Assembly: GCF_963921235.1 (NCBI RefSeq)
Contig: NC_086108.1
Span: 71,488,001-71,552,000, forward strand
Source of the DNA: Mobula hypostoma
Taxonomy: Eukaryota
Length of the DNA: 64,000 nt
Direction: 5' to 3'
Shown piece after piece: positions 13,343 through 26,227 of the stretch. Each line of letters begins with the position of its first letter. The stretch's first letter is position 1. A program made the position numbers and the translations under genes. The notes under the pieces are model-generated. The model did not search any database, had not been told where the DNA came from, and was given only the letters and a program-made list of their open reading frames with translations.

Positions 13343-13860
13343 TTACTCCAACTTCTCAATGTTTTTCTTAATGGGGAGTATTCAATGCTGGCAATAAATG
13401 CAAAAAGTGAGAAAATATTCAAGGGCCTACCATCCTTCAATGTGAATGGCAACTAAATTTGAAAAAAAGACATAATATCAGTATGAAACTTAAATATTTA
13501 TGTTCTTTAAATAGAAAGAGTATTGACTTTGATGTTTTGTATTCTGTGACTTTGTTCCTTCTGACTTTGAAACCAGTTGCAAGAGATAATGGCAAAAATG
13601 TTGTTTCTGAATTATAATGAATCCTCTTCTTATCGGTTTTTTTTGTCTTGAATAAGTTTTTTGAGGCTTTGTTTACACAATTTTATATCTTCAAAGTTGC
13701 TGGGATTTGAACAGGTGCCATTAGAGCCTTAATTTTCAGAAGTTCAGTCTGATTTGACTAAGCATAAGCCCTTTGAACTGAAAGCCAGTACATTCTGTTT
13801 TTTACACTGCAAGATAATATAAGATTTGCTTTTTCACCTGTTAAGTATGAATGAACAAAA

Positions 13861-14310
13861 CAACACACACAAAATGCTGGAGGAACTCAGCAGACCAGGC
13901 ATCATCAATGGAAAAAAGTACAGTCGACGTTTCGGGCTGAAACCTTTTAGCAGGACTGGAGAAAAAGGCTGAGGAGTAGATTTGAGAGGTGGGGGGAGGG
14001 GAGAGAGAAACACCAGACAATAGGCGAAACTTGGAGGAGAAGGAGGAGGAGGAGGAGCAGTAGTAGTAATAGTAGTAGAGGGGGAGGGATGAAGCAAAGT
14101 GCTGGGAAGTTGATTGGTGAAAGAGGCAGAAGGCCTTGGAAGAAAGAAGAAAGGTGGGGGGTGGGGTGGAGAACCAGAGGAGGCGATGGGGCCTTTTCGG
14201 CCTGAAACGTCGACTGTACTTTTTTCCATAGGTGCTGCCTGGCCTGCTGAGTTCCTCCAGCATTTTGTGTGTGTTGCTCGGATTTCCAGCATCTGCAGGT
14301 TTTCTCTTGC
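13861..14310. mobile_element. Penelope-derived fold-back element with inverted pLTR copies
   Basis: About 80-bp inverted arms (13861-13940 and 14195-14276). The flanking near-TSD is TATGAATGAACAAAA (13846-13860) and TATGAAAGAACAGAA (14312-14326). Confidence 0.85.
13921..13958 (-). ncRNA. Degenerate minimal type-I hammerhead ribozyme motif (Penelope pLTR)
   Basis: The minus strand reads CAGTC-CTGCTAA-AAGG tttcag CCC-GAAAC-GTC-GACTG. Stem I is intact but the CUGANGA core is mutated. Confidence 0.6.
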
Positions 14311-15084
14311 TTATGAAAGAACAGAAAATGGTTTTGACACCTATTCAGTTATCAAATGCAAACAACAGTGTTGGTCTTAAATCCCCCCTATTTGGTCCTA
14401 ATCACTATTGTCTCGCTTCCCTTTCAGTTGAGGGGTTAAAAGTCCTAATCAAGTTAGAAAGCTTCTTCTTGCTGGATGAAGAGCAAGCTCACAGGGCCAC
14501 GGTAAAAATACAATTCATCTGTGTCACTGACCGTTTACGTCCAAGCTGCTTAATGACAGCCTATCAGTCAGTAGTTGGAACTAGTTACCGTGACTCACTC
14601 CTATTCAGAGGTGCCCACTCTTCCTTTTGGCAAGCTGAAATGTCTGGCAATGCATTGACATGATGGATCAGACAAATTATTGCACAGGACTAGTGGAACT
14701 GTGCTTATGGTTAAACCATTAGCTGCTTGTGGATGATTACGGAACAAACTGAAAAATGAATTGGAATATGAGGTATGACACATATGGCACAGCATGAAAT
14801 AAGATAGCTTGGCACAAAGAGAAAGGATACAAATTTGAAAAGAATGGATGGAATTCACTAGGTAAATAAAACACTATCCAAAATGAAGCCTGTATTTTTA
14901 CTCCCTGTGGCTGAAAGAATTCTGGCAAATCATGGCATAAGCTTCTTCTAGACCTAGAAAAAGGTTCTGAGATGATGATTTGTATATGATATTATGGCAA
15001 TGGAATGCAGACAAATAAAGTTCAGCAGAAAATGACCTATAACGAGTACGCTTGCTCAAAGTAGTACCTAAGAATACTTAAACG

Positions 15085-15190
15085 CAGCATCTCAGCCCTG
15101 ATAAAGGGTCTCAGTCCGAACCATCAACTCTTTTCCACAGATGCTGCCTGCCCTGCTGAGTTCCTCCAGTATTTTGTATCTGCTGCATCT
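15085..15190 (+). mobile_element. Penelope pLTR fragment with degenerate hammerhead
   Basis: cagccctgataaagggtctcagtccgaacc...gatgctgcctgccctgctgagttcctccag. Confidence 0.7.
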
Positions 15191-15571
15191 ATATATTAAA
15201 CAGGAATATGTTGAAAGCATCTTCGAGTGGCTGGTCTGAATTTAATGGGGTAGGAAACAATGTTCTCAATGTTTCTAGTTCAGGAGTCATGTTGTGAACG
15301 ATTGCTAATTAACCTTCCTTCTGCTGAGGTTTCCTGAATTTGGTTTCAGCTGTGCAGTGCGGAGACAGTAAACTGGCATCTCATTCTCAGAATGCAGGAA
15401 AATGTTTCTGAAGATTATAATAATTCAGCAGGGAGTGTTCAATTGTTAACTGCAATCCATAGTAAACATTGCAATAAATATCACCACAGAAGCCAATCAT
15501 TTGGCCTATGAAGATTTGGCAGCATTATTCTCCACTTGAGCTACATAGTCAAACCCGGTTCCTGAACTTTG

Positions 15572-16665
15572 GGACAGCATGGTAGTGTAGTGGTTAGCAC
15601 AATGATTTACAGTACAGGCGACCCAGGTTCAATTCCCACTCCTATCTGTAAGGAGTTTGTATTGTTCTCCCTGTGACAGTATGGGTTTCCTCCCACAGTC
15701 CAAAGATGTTAATTGGTCGTTGTAAATTTTCCCATGATTAGTCATAGTCATAATCATAGTCATACTTTATTGATCCCGAGGGAAATTGGTTTTTGTTACA
15801 GTTGCACCATAAATAATTAAATACTAATAAAACCATAAATAATTAAATAGTAAAATGTAAATTATGCCAGGAAATAGGTCCAGGACGAGCCTATTGGCTC
15901 AGGGTGTCTGACCCTCCAAGGGAGGAGTTGTGAAGTTTGATGGCCACAGGCAGGAATGACTTCCTATGACGCTCTGTGTTGCATCTCGGTGGAATGAGTC
16001 TCTGGCTGAATGTACTCCTGTGCCCACCCAGTACATTATGTAGTGGATGGGAGACATTGACCAAGATAGCATGCAACTTGGACAGCATCCTCTTTTCAGA
16101 CGTCACTGTCAGAGAGTTCAGTTCCATCCCCACAATATCACTGGCCTTGCGAATGAGTTTGTTGATTCTGTTGGTGTCTGCTACCCTCAGCCTGCTGCCC
16201 CAGCACACAACAGCAAACATGATCGCACTGACCACCACAGACTCATAGAACATCCTCAGCATCATCCGACAGATGTTAAAGGACCTCAGTCTCCTCGGGA
16301 AATAGAGATGGCTCTGACCCTTCTTGTAGACAGCCTCAGTGTTCTTTGACCAGTTCAGTTTATTGTCAATTCGTATCCCCAGGTATTTGTAATCCTTCAC
16401 CATGTCCACACTGACCCCCTGGATGGAAACAGGGGTCACCGGTACCTTAGCTCTCCTCAGGTCTACCACCAGCTCCTTAGTCTTTTTCACATTAAGCTGC
16501 AGATAATTCTGCTCACACCATGTGGCAAAGTTTCCTACCGTAGCCCTGTACTCAGCCTAGGCCAGGATTAAATTGGGGAATTGCTGGGTGGTGTGGCTCA
16601 AAGGGCCGGAAGGACCATCTCCACATTGTGCCTCAATAAATAAACATTTAAATAAATAAATAAAC
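15572..16665 (+). mobile_element. V-SINE (HE1-like) split by a young Rex1; parts at 15572-15740 and 16559-16665
   Basis: A box tggtagtgtagtgg, B box ggttcaattccc, V-domain tgtaaggagtttgt...cctcccacagtccaaaga and a (TAAA)n tail. Confidence 0.82.
15741..16558 (-). mobile_element. Young Rex1/Babar 3' fragment
   Basis: ORF 15891..16490 is nearly identical to the C-terminus of ORF 34540..36099. (GACTAT)n tail. Confidence 0.95.
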
Positions 16666-17734
16666 AACTTTTCATTGTTTACTTGAGCAGCATCTCATAC
16701 AGGTGATGAATTTACCAACACCAACTTCACGCATTTGATTGCAGAGCATGCTGAGAGAGGCCTAACTCGGAATTAATTGCTTGCTTGGCTGGAGAATATT
16801 GAATGTTGCGTAGGTGACATAAAGAGGAGAACTGAAGAAGGAATAATATACACAGATATGAACACAAAACATGTAAAATCAGAATAGCAACAAAAAACTT
16901 CATGCTTTGTGCTCTTTTCTCTGTTTCTTGGACATCATTGGTTGTTTTAGCTTAAGCTTTTACCTTGCACACTGTTTATGTCCTAAAGAGCAGAGCACTT
17001 CTGTGCGAGATTCATATTAGTGTGCCTGACCTTTTCCTAGCAGTAAGTGTGCTCCTAATGACGCTATTTAGATCCCAATCAAAATGACAAATATAGATCC
17101 CATTGTTCCTCTTTGCAGACTATTTAAGTCTCATTATAATTGTAAAAGCTGTTTTACTTTTTTTGCAATAAATTACTTTAGGAATATTCCACTCTACTTT
17201 TCACATCAGAGAATTCAATGTTTGATTAAAAATGGTTGCTTAACAACCAGAGGCATTGAACATATCTCCGTCAAAAAAAAATTCCAGTCTGCTATATCCT
17301 GTCAATGAAGTTTCTTATTGAAAACTCTGCGAAGCACCTTCCTTCAGCATGTTTCATCGCACAATGGCATTTCCTTCCCAGCTGAAGCATTAATGATGTG
17401 GGTTGAAAGTGTCAATGAAGTCCTGAAATGTTAACTGCATGTACATGGATGGATAGACTCCCAAGACAAAAAGGTATGCAGAAAGTTAGCAAGTACTAAT
17501 GAATGTCAGATCTCTGCCTCCACTAGCAGAGCTGCGAACTGCAACATCCCATTGCGCACAGGCCTTCAGTTTGAGAAGCCACATGTGGCATGAAATTAAA
17601 ATGTTTCTTTGAGAAACTTTAAAAGACTCAACATGCCTACAACACATTGCCAAACAATTACATAAAGAATAATATTTCTGTATTGCTTTTTTAGATTAAA
17701 AATCATACAGTTTGAATGGGAAGATACATTTCAA

Positions 17735-18255
17735 GGTTATTAAGTCTGCAGATGGCACAAAAATAGGTGATGCAGCAGAGAGTGGAAAAGTTTATCAAAA
17801 TCTGCCGGGTGATCTTGATCAGCTAGGTAAGTGGGTTGAAGAACGGACATGGTATTCAATCCAGATGTGTGCAAGGTGTTGCATTTTGGGAAGTCAGACC
17901 TGGGCAGGATGCAAACAGAAGAGTAATGCAGAACGGAGGGACCTAGCAGTTCAAGTACATGGTCCTCTGAAAGGGGCGCCATAGATAGACAGGGTGATAA
18001 AGAAGGTGTCTGGCCTGCTGGCCTTCATCAGGCAGGACATTGGGCACAGGAGGTAGGACATTACACTGCAGTTTCTCTATGTTGGTGATGCTCCACCTGC
18101 AATAACGTGTACAGTTTTGGTCAGCCTTTAATAGGAAAGATGTCATTAAGCTGGAAAGATTGCAAAGACGACTTAGGGAACTTTGGCAGGATTCAAGAGC
18201 TTGAGCTATCGGAGAGGTTGGGCAGGCTAGGGCTGCACTTATTGGAGCAATGGAG
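17735..18255 (+). mobile_element. Old CR1 RT/C-terminal fragment
   Basis: KSADGTKIG..DLDQLGKW, a degenerate FADDTKIG, followed by VQFWS. Confidence 0.8.
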
Positions 18256-18487
18256 TACAGTGTACACTGCTTCGAGCCTCATTTAATGATCAATCTCATA
18301 GCAGAGGTTATTTTGTTCCACCCCACCTTCCCTTTTTAATCTCTTTCTATTTCATTGGAAAGCTCTGTAAACAGGAAGGTAAGCTGCAATTTCAGTATCA
18401 CTTTTTAATCTATATTTCCATAGTACTTCTGAATTCCCTCCTCCAAGTGATTATTGTTGCCTTAAGCTTATCAACCCTATAGATTCT

Positions 18488-19370
18488 AAGTTCAAAGTTC
18501 AAACTAAATATGTTATTAAAGTACCTACACATTAGCATATACTGCACTGAGATTACTTTTCTTGCAGGCACTTACAAGGAAAAAAATACGACAGAATTTT
18601 ACAAAAAATACTACACATAAACAGACAAAGACTGGCAAACATCAACTGTGGTGTGCATTAATAAGACAAACTGTGCAAGTAAAATTAATACTGAGTACAT
18701 GAGATGCAAAGAATCTGTAGGCTGTAGAATCTGTTTAGAATAGTTGTGAATTAAATTATCCATACCAGTTCAAGAGCCTAATGGTTCTAGAGCGATAGTG
18801 TGGGACCGAAGTCTCTGTACCTCCTACCCCAAATTAGTAGTGATAAGAAGGATGGATAGTGGAGGTCTTCGATGATGCTAGCTGCTTTCTTGTGGCAGCA
18901 CTCCATGTAAATGTACTCAGTAGTGGGGAGGGTTTCATCTGTGATGGACTGAGCTGTGTCCACCACTTTCTGTAATCTTTGCCATTCACGGGCATTAGTG
19001 CTTCCATACCAGGCCAAAATGAAATCAGTGTGCATCTTCAGAAGTCTGTCAACGTTTTTGGTGAAAAGCTAAAACTGCACAAACCTCTAACTAGTGGCGC
19101 TGTTCTGCCTTCTTTCCGATGAGACTAATGGGCAGGTCCCAGGACAGATCTTCTGCTATGTCGACGCCAAAAACCGTAAACCTACTGATCTTCTCTACCT
19201 CGAATCCCCTAATGAGGACTGACTCATGGACCTCCAGCTTCTTGTAGCTCTATCGTTCCAGGAAGAACCAGCTCTATGGTTTTGATGGCTTTGAGTGAGA
19301 GGTTGTTGTTGTGGTGCCACTCCACAAGATTTTCAATGCCCATTCATCACCAGCTTGATTTGACTACCAC
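18488..19370 (-). mobile_element. Old Rex1/Babar 3' fragment
   Basis: ORF 18787..19035 contains AWYG..RLQKVVDTAQSIT..KKAASII. Reversed (TTTGAAC)n tail at 18488. Confidence 0.8.
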
Positions 19371-20794
19371 CAGGTTACACTTCGGTACATACAGGCAGAT
19401 TTCTTCTTTGAATCCACATTTGCTCTTCTGTTCTGCATTATATTATCCACATGGTGCTCTCCTCATTATTAACTATTCTTCCTGGTATTTAATGAATGAT
19501 TTATAAAAATATTCTCCACCCATGTCAACAATATACTGCCAATATTTTTCAATAACATAGACAGACATGTCCACACAGTTACATTCCTCACTGTTACCAT
19601 GACACATCATTTGCATTTATGCTGATGACTTGGTCAGTGGACACTATTACAAAAGATTTAGTACCCTTAGTTATTAGAAGTTAAAAAAAGGACATCTTAA
19701 TTGTTTAGATGTTATCAATACTACTTAAAACGCCCGACCTCCTTCTGTGAAACTTTCTTCTTTCCTGCTCTCTACTTTTACTTTTCAATATGTAACTATT
19801 TCATGAAAATTTTGGTAACTTGTTCCAAAAACTCTTTAGTGTCTTTTGCCTTTATTTTTTACATTTTTGTTTTTAAAGCTGTTGTAAAACAACCCACTGA
19901 GCTGAAGGTGGTTTATGTTTTTTCTCTCTTCACATGGCTGGGAAAAGTATTCTCATCAGCCTTTACCAGAAGCTATCCCTCTTTTTTTCACTCTTTAAGA
20001 TGAATTGTTTTGCTTGGCTAAGTGTTTAAGAAATAAAATGTCCATTTCTAACTTGTTTCAGTTTTAGTTTTGGATTTTTTAAAAAACACTAGATGTTAAT
20101 TTCTGTAGCCAAAAATTTTGTTCCAACCGCAAGATATGGTAACATATGTCAGTAAAACATTCTTTCCTGATAAGTGTGACAACAAATTGAAAGCTAAAGT
20201 TTTCATGCAGATGAAATCTAGAGATTCAATGATTGAGTAAGTTTGTATTTATCTCAACAACAGCTTCAAATAGAAGGCTCTGCACGAAACTGAATTTTTA
20301 AAAAGGAACAAGGAACCGCTAGATGGACTGACTAAATGACAATCAACAGATTCAAATATTTGGCACATACATAGCTGTCCTTGAACATCTCCCAGTTGCA
20401 GTTCTCTCTGAAGATGAAACATCTATGGATTTTTTCACTTGTCTATTTCACAATGTTAAATTCTGTTGGAATACAACCAAAACATTAGGGCACTTCAGTA
20501 TTTGCATTTTAGTTCCATTGATTTTACCTATTTATTTCTCAGTTTTAATATCAAACTCTTACTTGTAGACTTTATATTGTGCAATATTTAAATAGTTGTT
20601 TGGTTTTACTTTTGCATTCTGTTTAAATATTTAAAATATAGGAACAGCACAAAGTCAATTCACATGCTTCATTATGTAGGGGATTTTAATGACCATGTTT
20701 TGAAACAGTGATTTAAATAGTATAACAATCTCTTCTTCAGGGTGTTGATACAATGTTCTGGAGTTTTCTCTGTCTTATTTTCTAGTGACAGTTT

Positions 20795-21740
20795 AACTTT
20801 TCAGGCTGGAAGGAAGTGTCTGGTGCTATACCCCAGGGATCAATTCTTGCTCCTCAATTGTTTGCTACTTCTATCTTGTTGCAGAAGGAAATGCAAGGTT
20901 TCCAAGCTTGTTGTTTAAACCAAAATATGCACAAGGGCACGACATGACAAGGGAACTGTGATGCCGCAATGGAATAAAGACAGACTGAATGAAAACGTGG
21001 AAAATGGAATTGGAAGTGAGCTCCTAAACTTCAGTAAAAGGAATCAGTAGTAGGGATAGAGTGAGACCGAAAATGAGTGAAATTCAGAGTGATCTGGGTG
21101 TCACAATAACTTGGCAGGCAGGTACAACCAGTAGTTAAGAAGGCAGATGGTGTTTTGGGCTTTCTTGCAATGGGATTTGGAATTTAAGAACAAGGTGTGT
21201 TTATTACAGCCCAGGGTGTTAGTCTGATGGTGGAGGAGGGGCGGGGTGCTACACCAGGAATGCAGTGCATAGTTTTGGGTCCCCTTACCCAAGAATAGAC
21301 ATGAAAAGATTCCTCAGTTTAATACCTGGGAAGTCTATCAAGAGAGGCTAGAGTGTTTGTTCCTGTCTTCTCTGGAGAATCAGAAGTGATCTTATTCAAG
21401 CATGTAAGATTGTAAGATTCTAAGTGGGCTTCACAGAGTAGATGTGAAGTTTTCACAACTGGGTGAGTCTGGATCTGGGGGTGGAGGACAGTTACAAAGT
21501 AAGACTGACGTCCAAATAAATTCTTTACTCATTGGGTAGTGGATCTCCGGAATTCTCTGCCCCAGGAGATGATGGAGGCCAGATCACTAATTATAATTAA
21601 GCTGGAGATAAATAAATATTTTCTCATAACCCTCTGAAATGACGGTTTCAAGGAACTGGTACAGAAGAACCCAGAACAGATCAGCCCGATCATATTGAAT
21701 AGTTGGGCAGGCTAGAGTGACCTCTATGCTTATACCTGTC
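20795..21740 (+). mobile_element. Highly decayed CR1 (RT to 3' tail)
   Basis: ggtgctataccccagggatca (PQGS), gtgcatagttttgggtccc (degenerate CVQFWSP) and a reversed gatcagcc-type tail segment. Confidence 0.7.
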
Positions 21741-22526
21741 CCTTTTTTCTTGAGCTCTTGTGTGTTCTCTAAAGTTGCTGAAGCAGTCTGAAGTGTTTCC
21801 ATGGCAATCTGTCACTCAGTTTACTCCAGGAACGTACATGCCAGTGTGTAAGTTTACTATGGGGCCACGACCATGCTGATTTGAACCTCTGTGGTTTACT
21901 GAATAACAGTCAAGAGTGAGAATCTTTCCACTCCCTAACAGTGGAATGACAAGGAAGGATATTGGCAATGCACTTAACTCACTCTTCAGGGCATATTTCT
22001 CTGGGAATTCTTCATATGCCCAAGAAACTTTAGGATGGGTGGTTTCATACATAAGTACAGAGGCAGTGCTGTTTGCGATGGTTTCTCTATCCCAAAGTTA
22101 TCTGATAAAGCTAGTCCAAAGAAGCAGACGTAGCTACCGGAGATGGGAGTGTGCATTTCACTGACAGTTTCTACAGGCTGATGTCTCTCATTATTATATT
22201 GATCCTATCAAACTTATTTCTCATCAGCATGCTGCCCGTAGTAATATCATCCAAACATGCAGCATGTTTCCGAGTGTTTACCGCTGACACCAAAATCTGT
22301 CTCCTTCTCTTCCCTTCCCTCTTAATCCCTCCATTGTCTCTATATTGATTGTTTATGATGAGAGAAAATGTCCTTAAATTAAATATTAATTTCTCTGTAA
22401 TTAAGTCTCTGTAGTGAGTTCCTGTCGCAAATTCCATTCTCTGGCAACCAGTTCCACCGCTAACCATGGGAGGTAATAGAAACTGAAGCCAATTAGTTTC
22501 TTGGAGCTGTATTTTGATTCACACTG

Positions 22527-22930
22527 AAGTTCAAAGTTCGTTCAAATCATACACACTGAGATTTATTTTCTTGTGGACATTCACAAAGAAACACAATAGA
22601 ATCAATGAAAAACCGCCCACAGCAAGATGGACAAACAGCCAATGTTTCAACAAACTGTGCACATAGAAAATAGAAAAAATTGCAAAATAATAATAAGTAA
22701 ACAAGCAATAAATTTTGAGAGCATGTGTTGTAAGGTTCTTGAAAGTGAGCCCATAAGTTGGGGAATCAGTTCATGTTGAAGTGAGTGAAGTTATCCTGTC
22801 TGGTTCAGGAGCCTGAAGGCTCCTGTACCTCCTTCCCGATGGCCTGGATGGTGGCGATATCTGATGATTGATGTGCTTTCCTGGGAGTGCTCCTTGTGGA
22901 TGTGCTCAATGGTAGGGAGGACTTTGCCTC
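22527..22930 (-). mobile_element. Rex1/Babar 3' fragment
   Basis: Reversed gttcaaagttc tail. ORF 22791..23018 contains LPTIEHI..HHPGH. Confidence 0.75.
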
Positions 22931-22949
22931 TGAGATCTTCAGTAAAACT

Positions 22950-23055
22950 GCTTAAGCTCAATTCTGCAACATCTCTATAGCACCGCTGTCTCAGCTCACC
23001 ATCTGCTGAAATCCTCATCCATGCCTTAGTTGTCTGTAAACAAATATTATTTGGC
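22950..23055 (+). mobile_element. L2 LINE fragment
   Basis: ctcagctcaccatctgctgaaatcctcatccatgccttagtt translates to LSSPSAEILIHALV, an L2 post-RT motif. Confidence 0.55.
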
Positions 23056-23057
23056 TA

Positions 23058-23275
23058 CACCATCATGCCCTCAGTAATAATCAACAGGCTCCAAAACCGG
23101 GGCCTCTGTACCTCCCTCTACAACTGGATCCTTGATTTCCTCACCAGTAGATCACAGTGAGTGTGGATTGGAAATAACTTCTCCTCCTCACTGACGATCA
23201 ACACTGGTGCACCTCAGGGATCCGTGCTTAGCCCACTGCTCTACTATCCCAACACCCATGACTGTGTGACTATGC
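23058..23275 (+). mobile_element. Rex1/Babar RT fragment
   Basis: [26 protein letters not shown]. Confidence 0.85.
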
Positions 23276-23952
23276 AAAGTTCAAAAGTTCAAAGTAAATT
23301 TATTGTCAAAGTACATAAATGTCAACCTGAGCTTCACTTTGACAGAATGTCAGAGCGTCATAGGAAGTCATTCCTGCCTGTGGCCATCAAACTTTACAAC
23401 TCCTCCCTTGGAGGGTCAGACACCCTGAGCCAATAGACTGGTCCTGGACTTATTTCATAATTTACTGGCATAATTTACATATTACTATTTAACTATTTAT
23501 TACTATTTTCTATTACTATTCTATTACTATTTATTATTTCTATTACTATTACTATTTCTATTACTATTTATTATTTATGGTGCAACTGTAACGAAAACCA
23601 ATTTCCCCCCGGGATCAATAAAGTATGACTATGACTATGACTATGACTATTTTCTTGCGGGCATACTCAATAAATCCGTAATAGGATAATAATCATAATA
23701 GAATCATAATAGAATCAATGGACTGCACTAACTTGGGAATTCAACCAGTGTGTAGATAACAACAAATATGCAAATACAAAAAGAAGAAATAATAATAATA
23801 AATATTGAGAAAATAAGATGAAGAGTCCTTGAAAGTGAGTCCATAGGTTGTGGGAAATCATCTCCTTCGGTTCAAGAGCCTGATGGTTGAGGGGTAATAA
23901 CTGTTCCTGAAACTGGTGGCGTGAATCCTGAGGCTCCTGTACCTTCTTCCTG
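23276..23952 (-). mobile_element. Rex1/Babar 3' UTR fragment hosting a young Rex1 copy
   Basis: Reversed tail aagttcaaagtaaatttatt. The body matches 37730-38090 and 58320-58510. Confidence 0.75.
23351..23650 (+). mobile_element. Young Rex1/Babar 3' end
   Basis: ERHRKSFLPVAIKLYNSSLGGSDTLSQ*, an expanded (CTATTACTATTT)n tract at 23500-23575 and a (GACTAT)n tail. Confidence 0.92.
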
Positions 23953-24447
23953 AGAAGATTGAAAGAGTACAGAGAAAATTTATGAGGATGTTGCCAGGAC
24001 TTGAGGACCTGAGTTATAGGGAAATGCTGAATAGGCCAAGACTTCATTTCCTGGAGAGTAGGAGAATGAGAGGAGATTTGATAGAGGTGTACAAAATTAT
24101 GAGAGGTGTAGATAGGGTAAATTCAATCAAGCTTTTTCCACCGAGGTTGGGTGAGACTAGAACTAGAGATCAGGTTTAAGGGTGAAAGGTGAAATATTCA
24201 GGGGAAACCTGAGGGGAAACTTCTTTACTCAGAGGATGATGAGGGAGCGAAACAAGCTGACAGTGGAAGTAGTGGATGCGGGTTCAATGACAACATTTAA
24301 TAGAAGTTTGGAGAAGTACGTGGGTGGGAGGGGAATGGAGGACTACGGTCCAGATATGGGTTGATAGGACTGGGCAGAGTAACAGTTTGACATGGTCTAG
24401 ATGGGCCAAAGGGCCTGTGCCTGTGCTGTAGTGTTCTATGTCTCTGT
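23953..24447 (+). mobile_element. CR1 3' fragment
   Basis: RMLPGLEDLSY..RMRGDLIEVYKIMRG..NFFTQR, followed by a tail. Confidence 0.9.
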
Positions 24448-26227
24448 GTAACTTCTCGTTTAGAGAACATGATCAGAATTTTCCTTGGGCCTGCTCCAAT
24501 TGATTGCTGGAGCTTTCATTCACGTTTGTTAGAATCTAATCATAACACATCTAGGTTTCCACAGATTTTAATCAACACCAACTGATTGGAAGAACATCAA
24601 GGAAATTTCCACATTTAAACAAAAAATACTTCTCTGATAATTAGAGTGTAAGTAGTGATATATTACATTTATTACACAACATTAATATACACTAATATCC
24701 ACTAATTGTGTATAGTAAGTTCTGCATTGGCTGTATTACTGAGACACCAATCATTCAGGGAGACTGAAACAGTAAATGTAGATGAGGGCAGCTTCCTGCA
24801 AGCAGAACGAGGAAACAGCCCATGACACAACTCTTTGGGACCTAGCTGTAGCACAACTATAATATCAATATCGTTCTTCTGTTTATTTCCCTTACCAGCC
24901 GTTGCTCACCACTGTAGCTTTTTAACCAAATTTTACTTTAAAGTTATACTGAAAAAAATGTCAATTATAGCTTTTATGGAACAACTGTAAGCTCTTGAAT
25001 TACAGCAACAGAACCCAAATGTGCAGTAGTGCTCTTAAACTTCAGCTTCAGCTATTCTGGCACATTCTTTCTCCTTTCTGAAATCCTCGGGTCAACAGTT
25101 CAATATTGCAACCATCAGCTGAAGTCGGTCATGAAATGGGTGTCTGGTTTATTTATGTTTTTAACTTTATATAAACCTGACACCTCAATGATGGTGAATA
25201 AGAAATAAATCTGCATGTTGTACGCAAATGGAAACATAGTTATCTATTAATTTTAACATGAAACAGAAGATGTCTGATAATGGAAGCCAAAGAGCTGTGG
25301 GTAATTATCAGTGTGGATAATGTACTCCTCACATTAATTGTAAAGACACATTTTACGAGTAGAGTTATTTTCTGTTAAACTTTATCGTAAGTGGAATCTC
25401 ACAGGGTGCTCAGGTTTACTTCTGTTCTAGAATCTTAGAGCTGGCCGATGGACTCCTAATATCTTATCTGGATCCTTTCCAAACATTCAGCGAAGCCAAA
25501 GGAGTGAAGTGAAACATTTACTTCCTGTAATTCTTAAAGAAATATCTTAACATATTGCATACGGCATATTTATTAAATGCCATTCTATGCATTCCATTTG
25601 TCGGTTTGGTATTTTTAAATCATATTTTTAATGAAGAACAAATTGGCACTTGTCCCCATGGAGGTAAATGAGATAGGAATGAACTAGTATTCTAATTCCA
25701 TTCCATTTTCATCATTTTCCTGTAGGAATGGAAAAATCTTTGTAATAACTCAAGTTTCAAAGCCTAGCTTATTGAATTCTAATTTAAAATATGATTAAGT
25801 GGAGGGCTTTGGTAAGAAAAATATAAATGGAATCTGAGCTGCCTTGGGATGGATGAATGCTGACTAGCGATGGTTTGTTGTGCATTATTAAGGCAACAAT
25901 GGCATTGAAGTGCGAGGATCAGAATCTGAGCAGAGCTCCCATCAATAAATAGCACATCTTACAATCGCTATAAACTAAAAACAGAAAACACAGAATGTGT
26001 ATCAGCGTCTGTCGTCGTGGCTGTTGATGAAAGGTTGACATCCAAAACACTAGTTGTCATTTTACAGAGAAAATCAAGCGACAATACAAAATAGAAGTTT
26101 CACTGAAACATGCCCAATCACAATTAAATTCTAATTCTAATCAGAAATTAATATAGTGCATATCATTTGTCCATGATCAATTCTGACATTTTTTGGAATA
26201 TCCGATTTGTCAATACAGTACTTTTCC

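Noticed and set aside
13834..14292. Pro/Ser/Thr-rich ORFs as genes
   Set aside because: These are chance frames through a Penelope pLTR and a GGA/GTA microsatellite. The same applies to the ORFs at 50591-51106 and 60845-61201.
14428..14501. Possible exon (EGLKVLIKLESFFLLDEEQAHRAT)
   Set aside because: The donor is weak (GTAAAA) and the peptide is unrecognised, so it cannot be distinguished from chance.
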